Positions 9,445 to 19,826 of a DNA stretch of 52,331 nt are shown here, piece after piece (position 1 is the stretch's first letter; each line of letters starts with the position of its first letter). The stretch is from an uncultured Methanosarcinales archaeon (GTDB taxonomy: Archaea > Halobacteriota > Methanosarcinia > Methanosarcinales > Methanosarcinaceae), in the NCBI GenBank assembly GCA_964498825.1, contig CAZCKG010000001.1, positions 1 through 52,331 of the forward strand. The letters run 5' to 3'. The translations under genes and the position numbers were made by a program. The notes below the pieces were generated by a model that did no database searches, was not told the origin of the DNA, and saw only the letters and a list, made by a program, of their open reading frames with translations.

Positions 9445-10011
9445 TTAGCTATTACCTCTACTGTCCTTTACTTTTGCTGTCTCCTGCCGATTTCTTACCA
9501 GTACGGATACATTCTCGTCCACAACAACAATCTTGGGTCCTTTAACCTCAAGAACTTCTACATCCTGGTCAAGAAGTGCACAGTTTACAGCTACAGTTGA
9601 TTCTTTATTGAATATCTGACAGCCTAACCTGTCTGCAATACCTTCTACTGAGGGCTTACCGTGAACTTCCGTAGCTGTCGTAAGCACAGAAATTGCTCCC
9701 AGTTCCGAGATTTTTCGAGCAACCTCATTTGCTCCGTGATGTCCTCCAAGGAGAGGGATTGCAAAACTCAGATTTGAATCCACTACAACTACAGCGGGAT
9801 CAGACCATTTGTTATCGAGGAGAGGAGCAATATCTCTAACTACAATACCTGTGGCAAAGACTGCAACTATTGCCCCATAATTTTTAAAAACTTTTTCAAA
9901 TATGCCCTTTTCATAGAGAAGCAGATCGGCTTCCAGATGTTCGGCTATCTTTGCTGCAACTTCCCTATTCCTTTCAAAGGTGATTACAACGGTTCCTGGG
10001 CTACTCCGTAT
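9445..10011 (-). CDS. cbiG: CbiG N-terminal domain protein; probable non-canonical ATA start
   Basis: Frame is open well upstream of GTG 9783 and encodes [27 protein letters not shown], then LLGGHHGAN and LTTATE; ATA at 10011 follows GGAGGT by 7 nt. Confidence 0.8.
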   Translation of the reverse strand: MRSSPGTVVITFERNREVAAKIAEHLEADLLLYEKGIFEKVFKNYGAIVAVFATGIVVRDIAPLLDNKWSDPAVVVVDSNLSFAIPLLGGHHGANEVARKISELGAISVLTTATEVHGKPSVEGIADRLGCQIFNKESTVAVNCALLDQDVEVLEVKGPKIVVVDENVSVLVRNRQETAKVKDSRGNS

Positions 10012-10742
10012 AAATAGGACCTCCTGTAATTTTTAGGGTCAACAACCCCACCGATGATTATCATTGCCGAGCGTTTAATCCCTGCGTCCTTCACCTTGTC
10101 CGCAATATCTTCCACGGTCCCGACAATAACTTCCTCATCTTCCCAGGATGCATGGAAAACAACGGCTACAGGGGTGTCTTTCGGACATCTGACCTTCTCC
10201 ATAATTTCCCTGATCTTCTGTGTGCCCAGGAAAATTGCCATTGTTGTATTAAAGGCAGAAAGTTCAGGGATAAGATCTTTTTCCAGAGTTTTTCCGGCAG
10301 GACGGGTGATAATAAGAGTATCCGAAACACCATTAAGAGTCAGCTGAGTGCCAAGAGCGGCTGCGCTTGCAAAAACCGATGAGACCCCTGCAACCCTTTC
10401 AACTTCGATATCGTACTTTCTGAGCTCTTCCATCTGCTCTATGACAGACCCATAGAGGGAGGGATCTCCACTGTGGAGACGAACAACGAATTTCCCTGCG
10501 TCCACAGCGTCTGCAGTTATTTTAGTTGTCTCTTCAAGAGTCAAACCATAGCTATCAACAGTTTCCCCCTTCGTGTAATTAAGGACCTCCGGGTTTACCA
10601 GAGAACCTGCATAAATTACGAGGTCAGCTTTTTCAAGCATTTCGCGTCCGAGTACGGTAATGAGTTTTGGGTTCCCGGGGCCTGCACCTACAAAATATAC
10701 TTTTCTTTCCATCTGACCATTCCCTTTGCTTTCCTGCATCAC
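9984..10742 (-). CDS. cbiF: Cobalt-precorrin-4 C11-methyltransferase
   Basis: [28 protein letters not shown]. Confidence 0.94.
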   Translation of the reverse strand: MMQESKGNGQMERKVYFVGAGPGNPKLITVLGREMLEKADLVIYAGSLVNPEVLNYTKGETVDSYGLTLEETTKITADAVDAGKFVVRLHSGDPSLYGSVIEQMEELRKYDIEVERVAGVSSVFASAAALGTQLTLNGVSDTLIITRPAGKTLEKDLIPELSAFNTTMAIFLGTQKIREIMEKVRCPKDTPVAVVFHASWEDEEVIVGTVEDIADKVKDAGIKRSAMIIIGGVVDPKNYRRSYLYGVAQEPL

Positions 10743-11347
10743 TTTTTTCCGTAGATAATGCTAAAATAGTTCCCTTTTTCAGGAATCTCTTCTTTCTTGC
10801 GGATTATAAGTTCATTGTCCGAAAAGAGCCTTTCCGCAAAAATGAATTCGTTATATCCTTCAGCCTCGAGCTGTTTAACTATCGCTTGCGGCTGTGTAGC
10901 TTTCAGGTGGATTTTATACCCGATATCCGAACCATCGCTGACCTCAAAAGAGCTCTCAACTGCGACATCAGTTCTGGCAGCAAAAGAAGTGATTGAACTT
11001 ATTCCCGGCACTGTTGCAAGCTCAACATCAGGATAGTGTTTACGCATGACCTTCTTTAGATGGGAGAAGGTAGAGAAAAAGTTAGGGTCACCTATAAGTC
11101 CGAAAGCTACAGTTCCTTGCCTTGCTTCTTCTGCCACCCTATCAGCATTCATTTTCCAGAGTTCATTGAGAACTTCAATGTCCCTGATCATGGGAAAATC
11201 AAGAATTTCCGCGTCTGCATAAGGGGCAACAAGATCTTTTGCCATATGCCCTGGCACATATACTTTATCGCTGTTTTTCAAAATATTTACTGCTTTCAGG
11301 GTCAAAAGTTCAGGGTCTCCGGGACCAAGTCCTACTCCTATTAACAT
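10739..11347 (-). CDS. cbiL: Cobalt-factor II C20-methyltransferase
   Basis: [36 protein letters not shown]. Confidence 0.93.
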   Translation of the reverse strand: MLIGVGLGPGDPELLTLKAVNILKNSDKVYVPGHMAKDLVAPYADAEILDFPMIRDIEVLNELWKMNADRVAEEARQGTVAFGLIGDPNFFSTFSHLKKVMRKHYPDVELATVPGISSITSFAARTDVAVESSFEVSDGSDIGYKIHLKATQPQAIVKQLEAEGYNEFIFAERLFSDNELIIRKKEEIPEKGNYFSIIYGKK

Positions 11348-11417
11348 ATTATCGCTCCATAAGTTTATGAAAAATAAATATCAAAGCAAAATATTAGCTA
11401 AAGGATAACGTTTATGT

Positions 11418-11972
11418 TTAGTTCTGTGTTTTTCCAACGACGATGTAGACCGGGTTTTCAGGTTTAAACATAGTTTCTCCGGCAATGGGAGCACTTCTCG
11501 AGACAGAGACATGGACCACTTCATCAAAAATTCCAAGTTTTTTCATTGCTTCAATAGTCCTGACAACTGTCTCAATCCGAACAGCGTTTACGACAATGCT
11601 CCGGACTTTTTTCTCCACAAGTATCTCAAGTATTGAGGCAATATTTTTTGTCCCTCCTACAAAAGCACAGTCAATTGAATCAATAAAGTCACCAGAACCA
11701 AGGATATCTGAAGCTTCACCGGCAAGGATCCTGGCATTTGCAATATTGAAATTCCTAAAATTCGTTTCAGTGACTCTCAGAGCTTCATCGCGGGCATCTA
11801 TTGCATAAATAGTCAGGTTTCGGGCGATCTTAGCTGCCTCAATGGACACTGATCCCGTTCCACAGCCTACGTCTGCAAACCGATCCCCGTCTCTCAACCC
11901 GAGTTTGGAAAGAGACACAGCAATGATTTCAGGTTTTGTTGGACCACCGCTAACACTTACTATTTCGGACAT
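11418..11972 (-). CDS. cbiT: Cobalt-precorrin-6B C15-methyltransferase (decarboxylating)
   Basis: PTKPEI, DVGCGTGSVSIE, AFVGG, ENPVYIV. Confidence 0.93.
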   Translation of the reverse strand: MSEIVSVSGGPTKPEIIAVSLSKLGLRDGDRFADVGCGTGSVSIEAAKIARNLTIYAIDARDEALRVTETNFRNFNIANARILAGEASDILGSGDFIDSIDCAFVGGTKNIASILEILVEKKVRSIVVNAVRIETVVRTIEAMKKLGIFDEVVHVSVSRSAPIAGETMFKPENPVYIVVGKTQN

Positions 11973-12129
11973 GTTCTACCTCGGGATTAAGTAAAGTAAA
12001 TACATGAAATGAAAATTAAATATACGCCGATAGTTTTCATTTTTACTAAATAAGATTTACAGGAAGTAGATCACAAGAACTCTCCCATAAATACCAATTT
12101 TGTAAAGCAGATATAAAGACCTTAATAGA

Positions 12130-12173
12130 TTAGAAGTTTTTAGATCAACCCTTAGAGGTTTTTAGATCAACTC
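12130..12173. repeat. 22-bp tandem direct repeat upstream of the cbi promoter
   Basis: TTAGAAGTTTTTAGATCAACCC / TTAGAGGTTTTTAGATCAACTC (20/22). Confidence 0.8.
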
Positions 12174-13019
12174 GAATATAAATATAATTTGTTATAGATA
12201 TACCTTATTATCAATAAGAAGGGCATTGTAGGAAAGTAAACTTTCATGAAACAGTAAAAATAAGTAAAAAATATTCGTAAGAAAATTTTATATTTACAGG
12301 GAAAATGGATCTTTAGAAGAGATATTGTAGAAGAATTACAAAGTCTTTTGAGAGAAAGATAAGAGTGTAGCATTCTTTGCTTAAAAGGAGTAGCACCCAT
12401 TGATTATTATAGCGAATAGAATTCATACGCACTTGTGGTTCAAAATCAAGATCAATAAACATCATTAACAAATCTGCGCTTTAGATAGTGAAGGTTTAAC
12501 GCCGTTAATTATTCAGCTCAACCATGTAAGTTCTAGTAAATTAAAATTCAGGTAATGGACATGAGTTATTGAAAAAAGTAAGCATAAGGATCTCTCTATT
12601 TATCTCAAATATAGGAAATGTGCTTGCTTTTTCTTACTTGCTCAATGACTCACGAAAACTAGATAAAATTCAATAAAAATAAAAAGAGAAAAAAATACAT
12701 TAAAGATTTTAAAAGAAAGAGATTTTAACCAGAACAACATATCATATGATCACTGGCATCTGAATAATGATCGTTGGCGAATAAGAATCATTGGCATCTA
12801 AATTTAGATAGCACAGAAAAAGTGAGGAATATTTCTAAAATTAATGATATCCCTCAACTCAAATAACAGTGTTTTTTAAACAAGAAGCTGAAGTTCTTCG
12901 GTTAAATAAACTTATTTTTCTAACCAGTACACCTGAAAATATTTTTTAAAAGAAATCGCCAGCAGTGAAGCCCACTCGCTCGATGAAGGGCCCTGCCACC
13001 AAAGGAAGGAGGAAAAGCG

Positions 13020-14348
13020 ATGAAGATTTATGAATCGTATGAAGACCTGCCCAAACTAAAGCTGCCTTATGGAAATGAGGTATTCATAAGTGACAGCACT
13101 ATTCGCGACGGCTCTCAGATGCCGGGGATAGTCCTGAGTAGAGAACACAAGCTTCAGATCTATGAGTACCTGCACGAGATAGGAATCGAAAAGCTCGAGG
13201 CATTTGTTTTCAATAAAAGGGACAGAGATGCTGTAGACCTTATGTTTGACATAGGGTACGAATTTCCTGAGATTACTGGGTGGGCAAGAGCTTCAAGAGC
13301 TGATATCGACAAAGTACTGGATGTAGATGGGATTAAAGAAACTGGAATTCTGATGTCTGTCTCAGATACACATATTTATTCCAAGATGAGACTCTCAGGC
13401 AGGGAAGAAGCCGAAGAAAAATATCTTGATGCCCTGCAGTATGCAGTTGACCACGGGCTTCGCACAAGGGCACACCTGGAAGATATGACAAGAGCAGATA
13501 ATTACAGCTTTGTTTTCCCGCTTGTTGAAAAAATTATGGAAATCGATCCGGACTGCATAATAAGAGTTTGCGATACAGTAGGATATGGGATGCCCTTCAT
13601 GAATATTGAAGAACCTTATGGAATCCCGAAAATAGTTGAGCATCTTAAAAAAGAAATAAATGTCAAAAACATTGAAACTCATATTCACGACGATTACGGG
13701 TTTGGGTCAGCTAGTTCCATTGCAGGTTTCTGGCATGGTGCCAACTGGACAAGTGTAACTTTCCTGGGCATAGGAGAACGTGCAGGAAACAGTGAGATGG
13801 AAAAAATTTTGCTTTTCCTGGCAGATAGAGTTGAAGGTTTTGAGAGGTACAACCTTGAACCAGTTACCCGTTTTGCAAGATTCATGGAAAAAGAGCTTGG
13901 ACTTAGGGTCCCGAGAAATAAAGCTGTAGTTGGCAAAAATATTTTCGCTCATGAATCAGGAATTCATGCGGCAGGTGTCCTCAAGAATCCTTTCAATTAC
14001 GAGCCATATACACCAGAACTGGTAGGCGGAAAGAGACTCCTGATGATAGGGGATTCTTCAGGTCTGGAGGTTATTCGCTATAAAGTTCAGGAGACCTTAA
14101 ATGACCTTCTTGATGTTGAGACTATAATCGAAAAGGATGATCGAAGGCTTCTGAGGATCCAGAAAGAAATTCAGAAACTTTATGACAACGAAGAAAGGGT
14201 TTCCTGTATCTCAGACGAAGAGCTCCTTGCCTATGTAGAAAAACACTTTTTGTATCAGCCAATTTGCAATCCGGCACATGCAGGCAGAGGAAAACTGAAG
14301 AATAGGGGAAAAATAGTTGAGCCTGAGGAAGAAAAAGTGAAGGAATAG
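13020..14348 (+). CDS. DRE-TIM acyl-CoA condensing enzyme (homocitrate/isopropylmalate/Re-citrate synthase family)
   Basis: DSTIRDGSQ, HIHDDYG, GIGERAGN, FAHESGIH; GGAGG SD. Confidence 0.85.
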   Translation: MKIYESYEDLPKLKLPYGNEVFISDSTIRDGSQMPGIVLSREHKLQIYEYLHEIGIEKLEAFVFNKRDRDAVDLMFDIGYEFPEITGWARASRADIDKVLDVDGIKETGILMSVSDTHIYSKMRLSGREEAEEKYLDALQYAVDHGLRTRAHLEDMTRADNYSFVFPLVEKIMEIDPDCIIRVCDTVGYGMPFMNIEEPYGIPKIVEHLKKEINVKNIETHIHDDYGFGSASSIAGFWHGANWTSVTFLGIGERAGNSEMEKILLFLADRVEGFERYNLEPVTRFARFMEKELGLRVPRNKAVVGKNIFAHESGIHAAGVLKNPFNYEPYTPELVGGKRLLMIGDSSGLEVIRYKVQETLNDLLDVETIIEKDDRRLLRIQKEIQKLYDNEERVSCISDEELLAYVEKHFLYQPICNPAHAGRGKLKNRGKIVEPEEEKVKE

Positions 14349-14367
14349 AGAGTTCCTTCAGTTGTTT

Positions 14368-15396
14368 TTAGTTGAGAATTTCTGCAGTGTACTTTGCAAT
14401 CTCGTCAGTCATCTGACTGAGCTTTGCGTTGCCGCCAAGGTCATAAGTTACACACTTGCCTTCGGAAATTACGCGCTCAGTGGCTTTGAATATAGCTTCT
14501 GACTTATCTTTTTCTCCAAGGTAATCTAGCATCCATGCTCCTGCAAGTACGGTTGCCACAGGATTTACTTTATCCTGGCCTGCGTATTTGGGAGCTGAAC
14601 CATGAGCAGGTTCAAACATTGCAAAAGAATCCCCGATGTTGGCAGAATAGATAAGTCCTATGCTGCCCACAAGGGCTGAACACTCTTCACTTATTACATC
14701 CATAAAGAGATTTGTGGAAAGGAGAATCTTCTTGTTGAAGATCTGGGGGTTTTTGATCAGCTGCTGAGCAATGTTATCTATATGATAAGGCCAGATCTCG
14801 ATATCTGGATAATTCTTTCCAGCTTTTTCTACTTCCTCTAAGAATGAGCCACAGGTAAGCTTTAAGATATTACTTTTATGAATTGGCACAACTGCATCAT
14901 AACCTCTTCTTTTAGCTTCCTCGAAGGCATACATGGCAATTTTGCTTGATGCACTGCGTGTAATCTTTCTGATTGCAATAGAAACATCATCAGTAAGCTG
15001 GATTTCTTCTCCAATATAAAGCCCTTCAGTACCTTCACGCACACAGACCATTTCCACGTCTCCAAGAGGAGCATTAGAGTTGGGGAAAGTTTTTATTGGC
15101 CTGACATTTGCATAAAGGTCGTATTTTCTCCTGATAGATACAGCCACACTTCTTGGAGAACCAATTCCTCCCGGAGTGGTTGTAGGGCCTTTAAAACAGG
15201 CGTCTGAATTATCAAGGATCTCCCATGTCTCATCTGGAACGAGGGAGTTTCCTCCATGCTGCTCCCACCATCCTGCTCCTGCTTCACACATAACGAATTC
15301 AATATCTGTGCCGGCGGATTCTGCAACTTTAAGCATTGCATCTACAAGTTCGGGGCCTACCCCGTCTCCTTTGATTACTGCTGCGGTTTTAGTCAT
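14368..15396 (-). CDS. Isocitrate/isopropylmalate dehydrogenase family protein
   Basis: GDGVGPE, DLYANVRP, REGTEGLY, HKSNILK, FEPAHGSAPKYAG. Confidence 0.92.
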   Translation of the reverse strand: MTKTAAVIKGDGVGPELVDAMLKVAESAGTDIEFVMCEAGAGWWEQHGGNSLVPDETWEILDNSDACFKGPTTTPGGIGSPRSVAVSIRRKYDLYANVRPIKTFPNSNAPLGDVEMVCVREGTEGLYIGEEIQLTDDVSIAIRKITRSASSKIAMYAFEEAKRRGYDAVVPIHKSNILKLTCGSFLEEVEKAGKNYPDIEIWPYHIDNIAQQLIKNPQIFNKKILLSTNLFMDVISEECSALVGSIGLIYSANIGDSFAMFEPAHGSAPKYAGQDKVNPVATVLAGAWMLDYLGEKDKSEAIFKATERVISEGKCVTYDLGGNAKLSQMTDEIAKYTAEILN

Positions 15397-15611
15397 AATA
15401 TCACCAGATCTTAAGGTTCACGTTAAAAGAACCGTAGCGACTGAAAAGCTAAAAAGGGAACTTTTCGAAAAATATGATAAAAATAATTGTGTATTCCCGC
15501 GTACTCAACGTAATACTATATATTTCAAGTTTTGGGTAATTAAATATAAGCTAAAAAGTACTTCGCAGGAAGTAAAATTTCGGATCTAAATTCCTACCTG
15601 CATTTAAAGGT

Positions 15612-15677
15612 CAGATCAATATCTTTTGATCTGGAAGTATTCCATCAGAAAGTATTCCATCAGGAAGTATTCTACCC
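15612..15677. repeat. Inverted repeat plus three 15-bp tandem repeats in a divergent promoter region
   Basis: CAGATCAA-N6-TTGATCTG, then GGAAGTATTCCATCA / GAAAGTATTCCATCA / GGAAGTATTCTACCC. Confidence 0.75.
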
Positions 15678-15766
15678 TAAAATCTCCTATAAACCAAATA
15701 TTAACTTTAATCAAATAAAGAACTGCAACGAATCAAAAAACTTCAATGAGTCTTTGAGGAGTAAGA

Positions 15767-16609
15767 ATGTTTACAAAAGTTCCGATCACGGACAACCATA
15801 TGCATATAGACCCCAGATCCAGGGGACTTGAAGCAGTGAAGGAATTTAAAAATGCCGGGGGAACCCACATAGTTCTGGTCAGCAAACCCAGCTGGTCCCT
15901 GGGAGTAATGGTAAAAAAACCTGAAGACTATCTCAAAGTTTTTGAAGAAACTGTGGAAATTACGTCAAAGATCAGAGAGATAGGAGTTGGAGCTTTTCCT
16001 GTCCTTGGAGTCCATCCGGCAGAAATCTCAAAGCTTACAGAATATATGGAACTTTCAGAAGCTACGGAAATTATGAAAAGAGGTCTTGAGATTGCTTCAG
16101 AATATGTAGAAAAAGGACTTGCTGTAGGTATTAAGTCCGGACGCCCACATTACCCCGTAGATGCAGAAGTTTGGACAGCTTCGAACGAGATTATGGAGTA
16201 TGCTTTTTCTCTGGGAAAACAACAGGACTGTGCTGTTCAGCTTCATACGGAAAGCGTTGGAGAACCTGAACTTAAGGATATTGCAGAAAGGGCGAGAAGA
16301 ACGGGAATCAAAATGTACAGGGTAGTCAAACATTACTCGCCTCCTCTGGTAAGAACCTGTGAAGAATTGGGGATATTTCCTGGGGTAATCTCAGTCAAAG
16401 GAGCAATTGAGCAGGCTCTTGGAGAAGGAACACGTTTTATGATGGAAACTGACTATATTGACGACCCGGACAGACCTGGGGCAGTTCTTGGCCCGAAAAC
16501 AATTCCCAAAAGAACCATGAAGCTAATGGAAATATATGGAGAAGAACCTTTCTGGATCATCCATAAGGAAAATCCTGAGAAAGTATATGACATCGAAATA
16601 GAGATTTAA
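15767..16609 (+). CDS. TatD-related metal-dependent hydrolase
   Basis: DNHMH, GVHP, GRPHY, QLHTE, METDYIDD. Confidence 0.88.
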   Translation: MFTKVPITDNHMHIDPRSRGLEAVKEFKNAGGTHIVLVSKPSWSLGVMVKKPEDYLKVFEETVEITSKIREIGVGAFPVLGVHPAEISKLTEYMELSEATEIMKRGLEIASEYVEKGLAVGIKSGRPHYPVDAEVWTASNEIMEYAFSLGKQQDCAVQLHTESVGEPELKDIAERARRTGIKMYRVVKHYSPPLVRTCEELGIFPGVISVKGAIEQALGEGTRFMMETDYIDDPDRPGAVLGPKTIPKRTMKLMEIYGEEPFWIIHKENPEKVYDIEIEI

Positions 16610-16831
16610 AATGAAAATATTTTCAGCCATATCTGTATCCTGTGAGGAACAAAAGGAAAACTAAAAGAAAGCGTAAGCAAATGTGAGCAAAAATTAAAGG
16701 GTAAAGAAACGAAGAGGGAAAAGGAAAGGAATGGCACTCTTCGGATCTGAACCCTTAATTCCCGAACGAAAAACTGTTGGGAATTAAATATTGCTGTCAA
16801 ATAAAGTCTGCAGTAAAGCCTGCAGTCAAAT

Positions 16832-17317
16832 TTATTTCCGCTTGATTTTTACTATATCCCCCAGAGTAGTGTCTTTCTTTAAGTGAGAGACTTCCTGCCC
16901 CGAAGAATCCACACGTTCCGTAAGTTTGATATTAAGGGCGTGTTCCAGTTTTTTTCGAACGGAATCTTCTGGTATGATTTCACTGCGCTCTATCTTTTTG
17001 ATCAAAGTTGCTTTTTCCTTGATATTTTCAGCAAGGTCTTCCTGAGACCAGCCTTTTACTGCTCTGGCATCCCGGATAATCTGAGGATAGTTATCCAGGA
17101 GTTCTTCTTTCAAAATATCGAAAAAATCTTTTTTTGGTTTCTTTTCAGTTCTTGGTACCGTACGAACTACCGGAGAGACCTTTCTTGAGACGGGAGTTCG
17201 CTTATCAACGGGTTTACCGTAAGGGGCACATTTCTGGCAGACCTGGAGTTCACTGTTGTCGATTGTAATGCATATAGGTTTTCCGCGGATCTCTGCACCA
17301 CATATTTCGCACTGCAT
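16832..17317 (-). CDS. mbf1: Archaeal multiprotein bridging factor 1
   Basis: CEICG...CQKC zinc ribbon, HTH, TLGD tail; divergent from pan. Confidence 0.93.
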   Translation of the reverse strand: MQCEICGAEIRGKPICITIDNSELQVCQKCAPYGKPVDKRTPVSRKVSPVVRTVPRTEKKPKKDFFDILKEELLDNYPQIIRDARAVKGWSQEDLAENIKEKATLIKKIERSEIIPEDSVRKKLEHALNIKLTERVDSSGQEVSHLKKDTTLGDIVKIKRK

Positions 17318-17407
17318 TTTGATCACTTCGAAAACGCTATATACGGTATGAACTTAAATATTATTCGGAGCTCCATGACGGAAAGTACCAAAAGTAAGGA
17401 TGAAAGC

Positions 17408-18673
17408 ATGCGCAGTCACCTTGTTAAGACCGGACCTGTGTATGATGGGATCGTGCCTGGAGAGCTGGGGGAACTAACTGAAAGCGTCCAGGACAGAATG
17501 AGGCAACTTGAAAGCCGCAACAGTTTTCTGGAAGAGCAATGTATCCAGATAGAATCCGAAAAACGCTATTTGGAAAATCAAAAGATCAAATATGAAAGAG
17601 AAATACGAAAGCTGCAGTCTGAGCTCGACCGAATGAAGACCGCTCCGCTTATCATTGGTACGGTCATCGATGTCATAAAAAATGACAGAATAATTGTCCG
17701 GAGCAGCAATGGACCTCAGTTTCTGGTAAACGTCTCACAGTATATCGATGAGAAGAAACTGCTACCAGGAGCAAAGGTCGCATTAAATCAGCATACTCTT
17801 GCCATTGCCGAGGTCATTCCTTCCACGGAAGAGCCCTTTGTTGCTGCAATGGAAGTCCTCGAAAGTGTAGAAGTGGACTATGACCAGATAGGCGGTCTTG
17901 AAGAGCAAATCCAGGAACTTCAGGAAGCAGTCGAACTTCCTCTCATTGAACCTGAGCGTTTTGCTCGAATAGGTATTGAGCCTCCTAAAGGGGTTCTTCT
18001 CTATGGGCTTCCAGGAACTGGCAAAACTTTACTCGCAAAAGCTGTAGCCCACAGGACCAATGCAACCTTTATAAGGGTTGTCGGTTCCGAACTTGTACAG
18101 AAATATATTGGAGACGGCTCCAAACTTGTAAGAGAAATATTCGAGATGGCCAGAAAAAAAGCCCCGAGTATTATCTTCATTGATGAGCTGGACTCAATTG
18201 CTGCAAGGCGCTTAAACGAAACTACAGGCGCAGACCGTGAGGTTCAGAGGACGCTCATGCAACTTCTTGCAGAAATGGATGGTTTTGACAAAAGGAAAAA
18301 CATCCGGATAATTGCTGCAACAAACCGTCCTGATGTTCTTGACCCTGCAATTCTCAGACCAGGCCGTTTTGATAGACTTGTCCATGTTCCGATGCCAGGC
18401 ATAGAAGCCAGAGAAAGAATTATCGAGATTCACTGTGAGAAAATGACTCTGGCAGAAGAAATTGATTTTAATAGGCTTGCAAAAATGACAGAGGGAATGA
18501 GTGGGGCAGATCTCAAGGCAGTTGCCACGGAAGCAGGCATGTTCGCAGTAAGAAAAGATAAGGAAACGGTTGAAATGGATGATTTCCTTGAAGCAGTAAA
18601 TAAAGTGTCTATGGCTGCGGATACTCAGAAAATGATGCCTGCCAGTCTTCCTGAAACAACAATGTTCGTGTAA
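17408..18673 (+). CDS. pan: Proteasome-activating nucleotidase (start could be 17375)
   Basis: Coiled coil, OB fold, AAA+ ([21 protein letters not shown]), C-terminal MFV. Confidence 0.96.
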   Translation: MRSHLVKTGPVYDGIVPGELGELTESVQDRMRQLESRNSFLEEQCIQIESEKRYLENQKIKYEREIRKLQSELDRMKTAPLIIGTVIDVIKNDRIIVRSSNGPQFLVNVSQYIDEKKLLPGAKVALNQHTLAIAEVIPSTEEPFVAAMEVLESVEVDYDQIGGLEEQIQELQEAVELPLIEPERFARIGIEPPKGVLLYGLPGTGKTLLAKAVAHRTNATFIRVVGSELVQKYIGDGSKLVREIFEMARKKAPSIIFIDELDSIAARRLNETTGADREVQRTLMQLLAEMDGFDKRKNIRIIAATNRPDVLDPAILRPGRFDRLVHVPMPGIEARERIIEIHCEKMTLAEEIDFNRLAKMTEGMSGADLKAVATEAGMFAVRKDKETVEMDDFLEAVNKVSMAADTQKMMPASLPETTMFV

Positions 18674-18698
18674 AAATTTATATAAACCAGAAATTTGG

Positions 18699-18720
18699 GG
18701 CCCTTCAGGGCCTATTTTTC
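18699..18720 (+). terminator. Hairpin plus T tract after pan
   Basis: GGCCCT-TC-AGGGCC followed by TATTTTT. Confidence 0.5.
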
Positions 18721-18826
18721 TTGAAAAAGAATCAAATATCTGTTTTACTTGTGCTGGAAAAATTTCATGAAAAGCTTCATGAAAAACCAGCAAACTATTT
18801 TTGTAATTCACACATAAAAAGTACCT

Positions 18827-19417
18827 GTGAGTTCAGATTTTCATATTAAACACGAGATCCGAATTCTGGGTATAGATGACTCTGCCCTCCTCAATGAAAA
18901 AGTAATGGTAGTGGGTATTGTTTTTAGGGGAGGGGACTGGATAGATGGAGTTCTCAGGTCGGATATAACAAGGGATGGACTTGACGCTACAGATGTGATT
19001 TGCAACATGATAAGAGAAAGCAGACATTATGGCCAGATTAGAGTGATTATGCTCGACGGAATTACTTATGGAGGCTTTAATGTTGTTGACATCGAGAAGC
19101 TCTACAAAGAAACCTTGATCCCCGTAATTGTGATCATGAGATCTTATCCAGATTTCAAGAAAATCAAATCCGCGCTCAAATATTTACCTGATGGAGATGA
19201 GCGCTGGAAAATAATAGAGAGGGCTGGAAAAATAGAAAAAATAGCTGGTGTGAAAGAGAAAAACCCCATATTTATTCAGAAAGCAGGTATAGGCCTGGAA
19301 AGTATAGAGAAGATTATACGGCTTACTTCAATAAGAAGCAATATTCCTGAGCCTCTGAGAGTTGCTCATCTGGTTGCAACAGGTATTATTTTAGGCGAAT
19401 CGAGAGGTAAAGCATAG
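18827..19417 (+). CDS. DUF99/UPF0215 (endonuclease V-like fold) protein
   Basis: ILGIDDS, DGLDAT, LDGITYGGFNVVD, PEPLRVAHL. Confidence 0.88.
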   Translation: MSSDFHIKHEIRILGIDDSALLNEKVMVVGIVFRGGDWIDGVLRSDITRDGLDATDVICNMIRESRHYGQIRVIMLDGITYGGFNVVDIEKLYKETLIPVIVIMRSYPDFKKIKSALKYLPDGDERWKIIERAGKIEKIAGVKEKNPIFIQKAGIGLESIEKIIRLTSIRSNIPEPLRVAHLVATGIILGESRGKA

Positions 19418-19826
19418 CCGCACCAGATTCCCAGATATAACTGAAGAGAATACGAAAAGAGGTATTTGAGAGGAGAACTTAAAAAAATAAATCTGGAGAA
19501 ATGGAAAGGTAAAAATACAGGAATCTGCTTCAAGAAAATCAATATAAAAAAATAAATATATTACATGAAGAAATTAAGGAAGATAACAAACAAGAAAAGA
19601 GCTGATCACAGAGACAGTAAAAATGGAAAAAACTGAGGCTAAAAAGAAAAGAAGGAGAACATTAATAAAATAATTAAACAATATAGTATAAATTAAAAAA
19701 CTGTAAAAGGAAAACTATTAAATTGGAAACTGTATATGTGATGGTTAAAATGTATATGTTCCCCCTTAATATTCTTTTAATACAATCTGTTAAATATTAC
19801 CCCATGGAATGGAGGAAAACAGTAGT

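Noticed and set aside
11973-12110. Cobalamin riboswitch upstream of cbiT (and TPP riboswitch upstream of the thiC-family gene)
   Set aside because: No conserved aptamer motifs visible
12167-12400. 77-aa minus-strand ORF (similarly 1134..1364, 33267..33497, 44417..44644)
   Set aside because: Low-complexity F/I/L/Y-rich translations of AT-rich intergenic DNA
18212-18811. 199-aa antisense ORF and the many other antisense ORFs in the track
   Set aside because: Shadow frames of confidently assigned genes
14346-19417. TAG stops at 14348 and 19417 (also 6948) as pyrrolysine read-through
   Set aside because: The proteins look complete at the amber codon and downstream sequence is not recognisably coding
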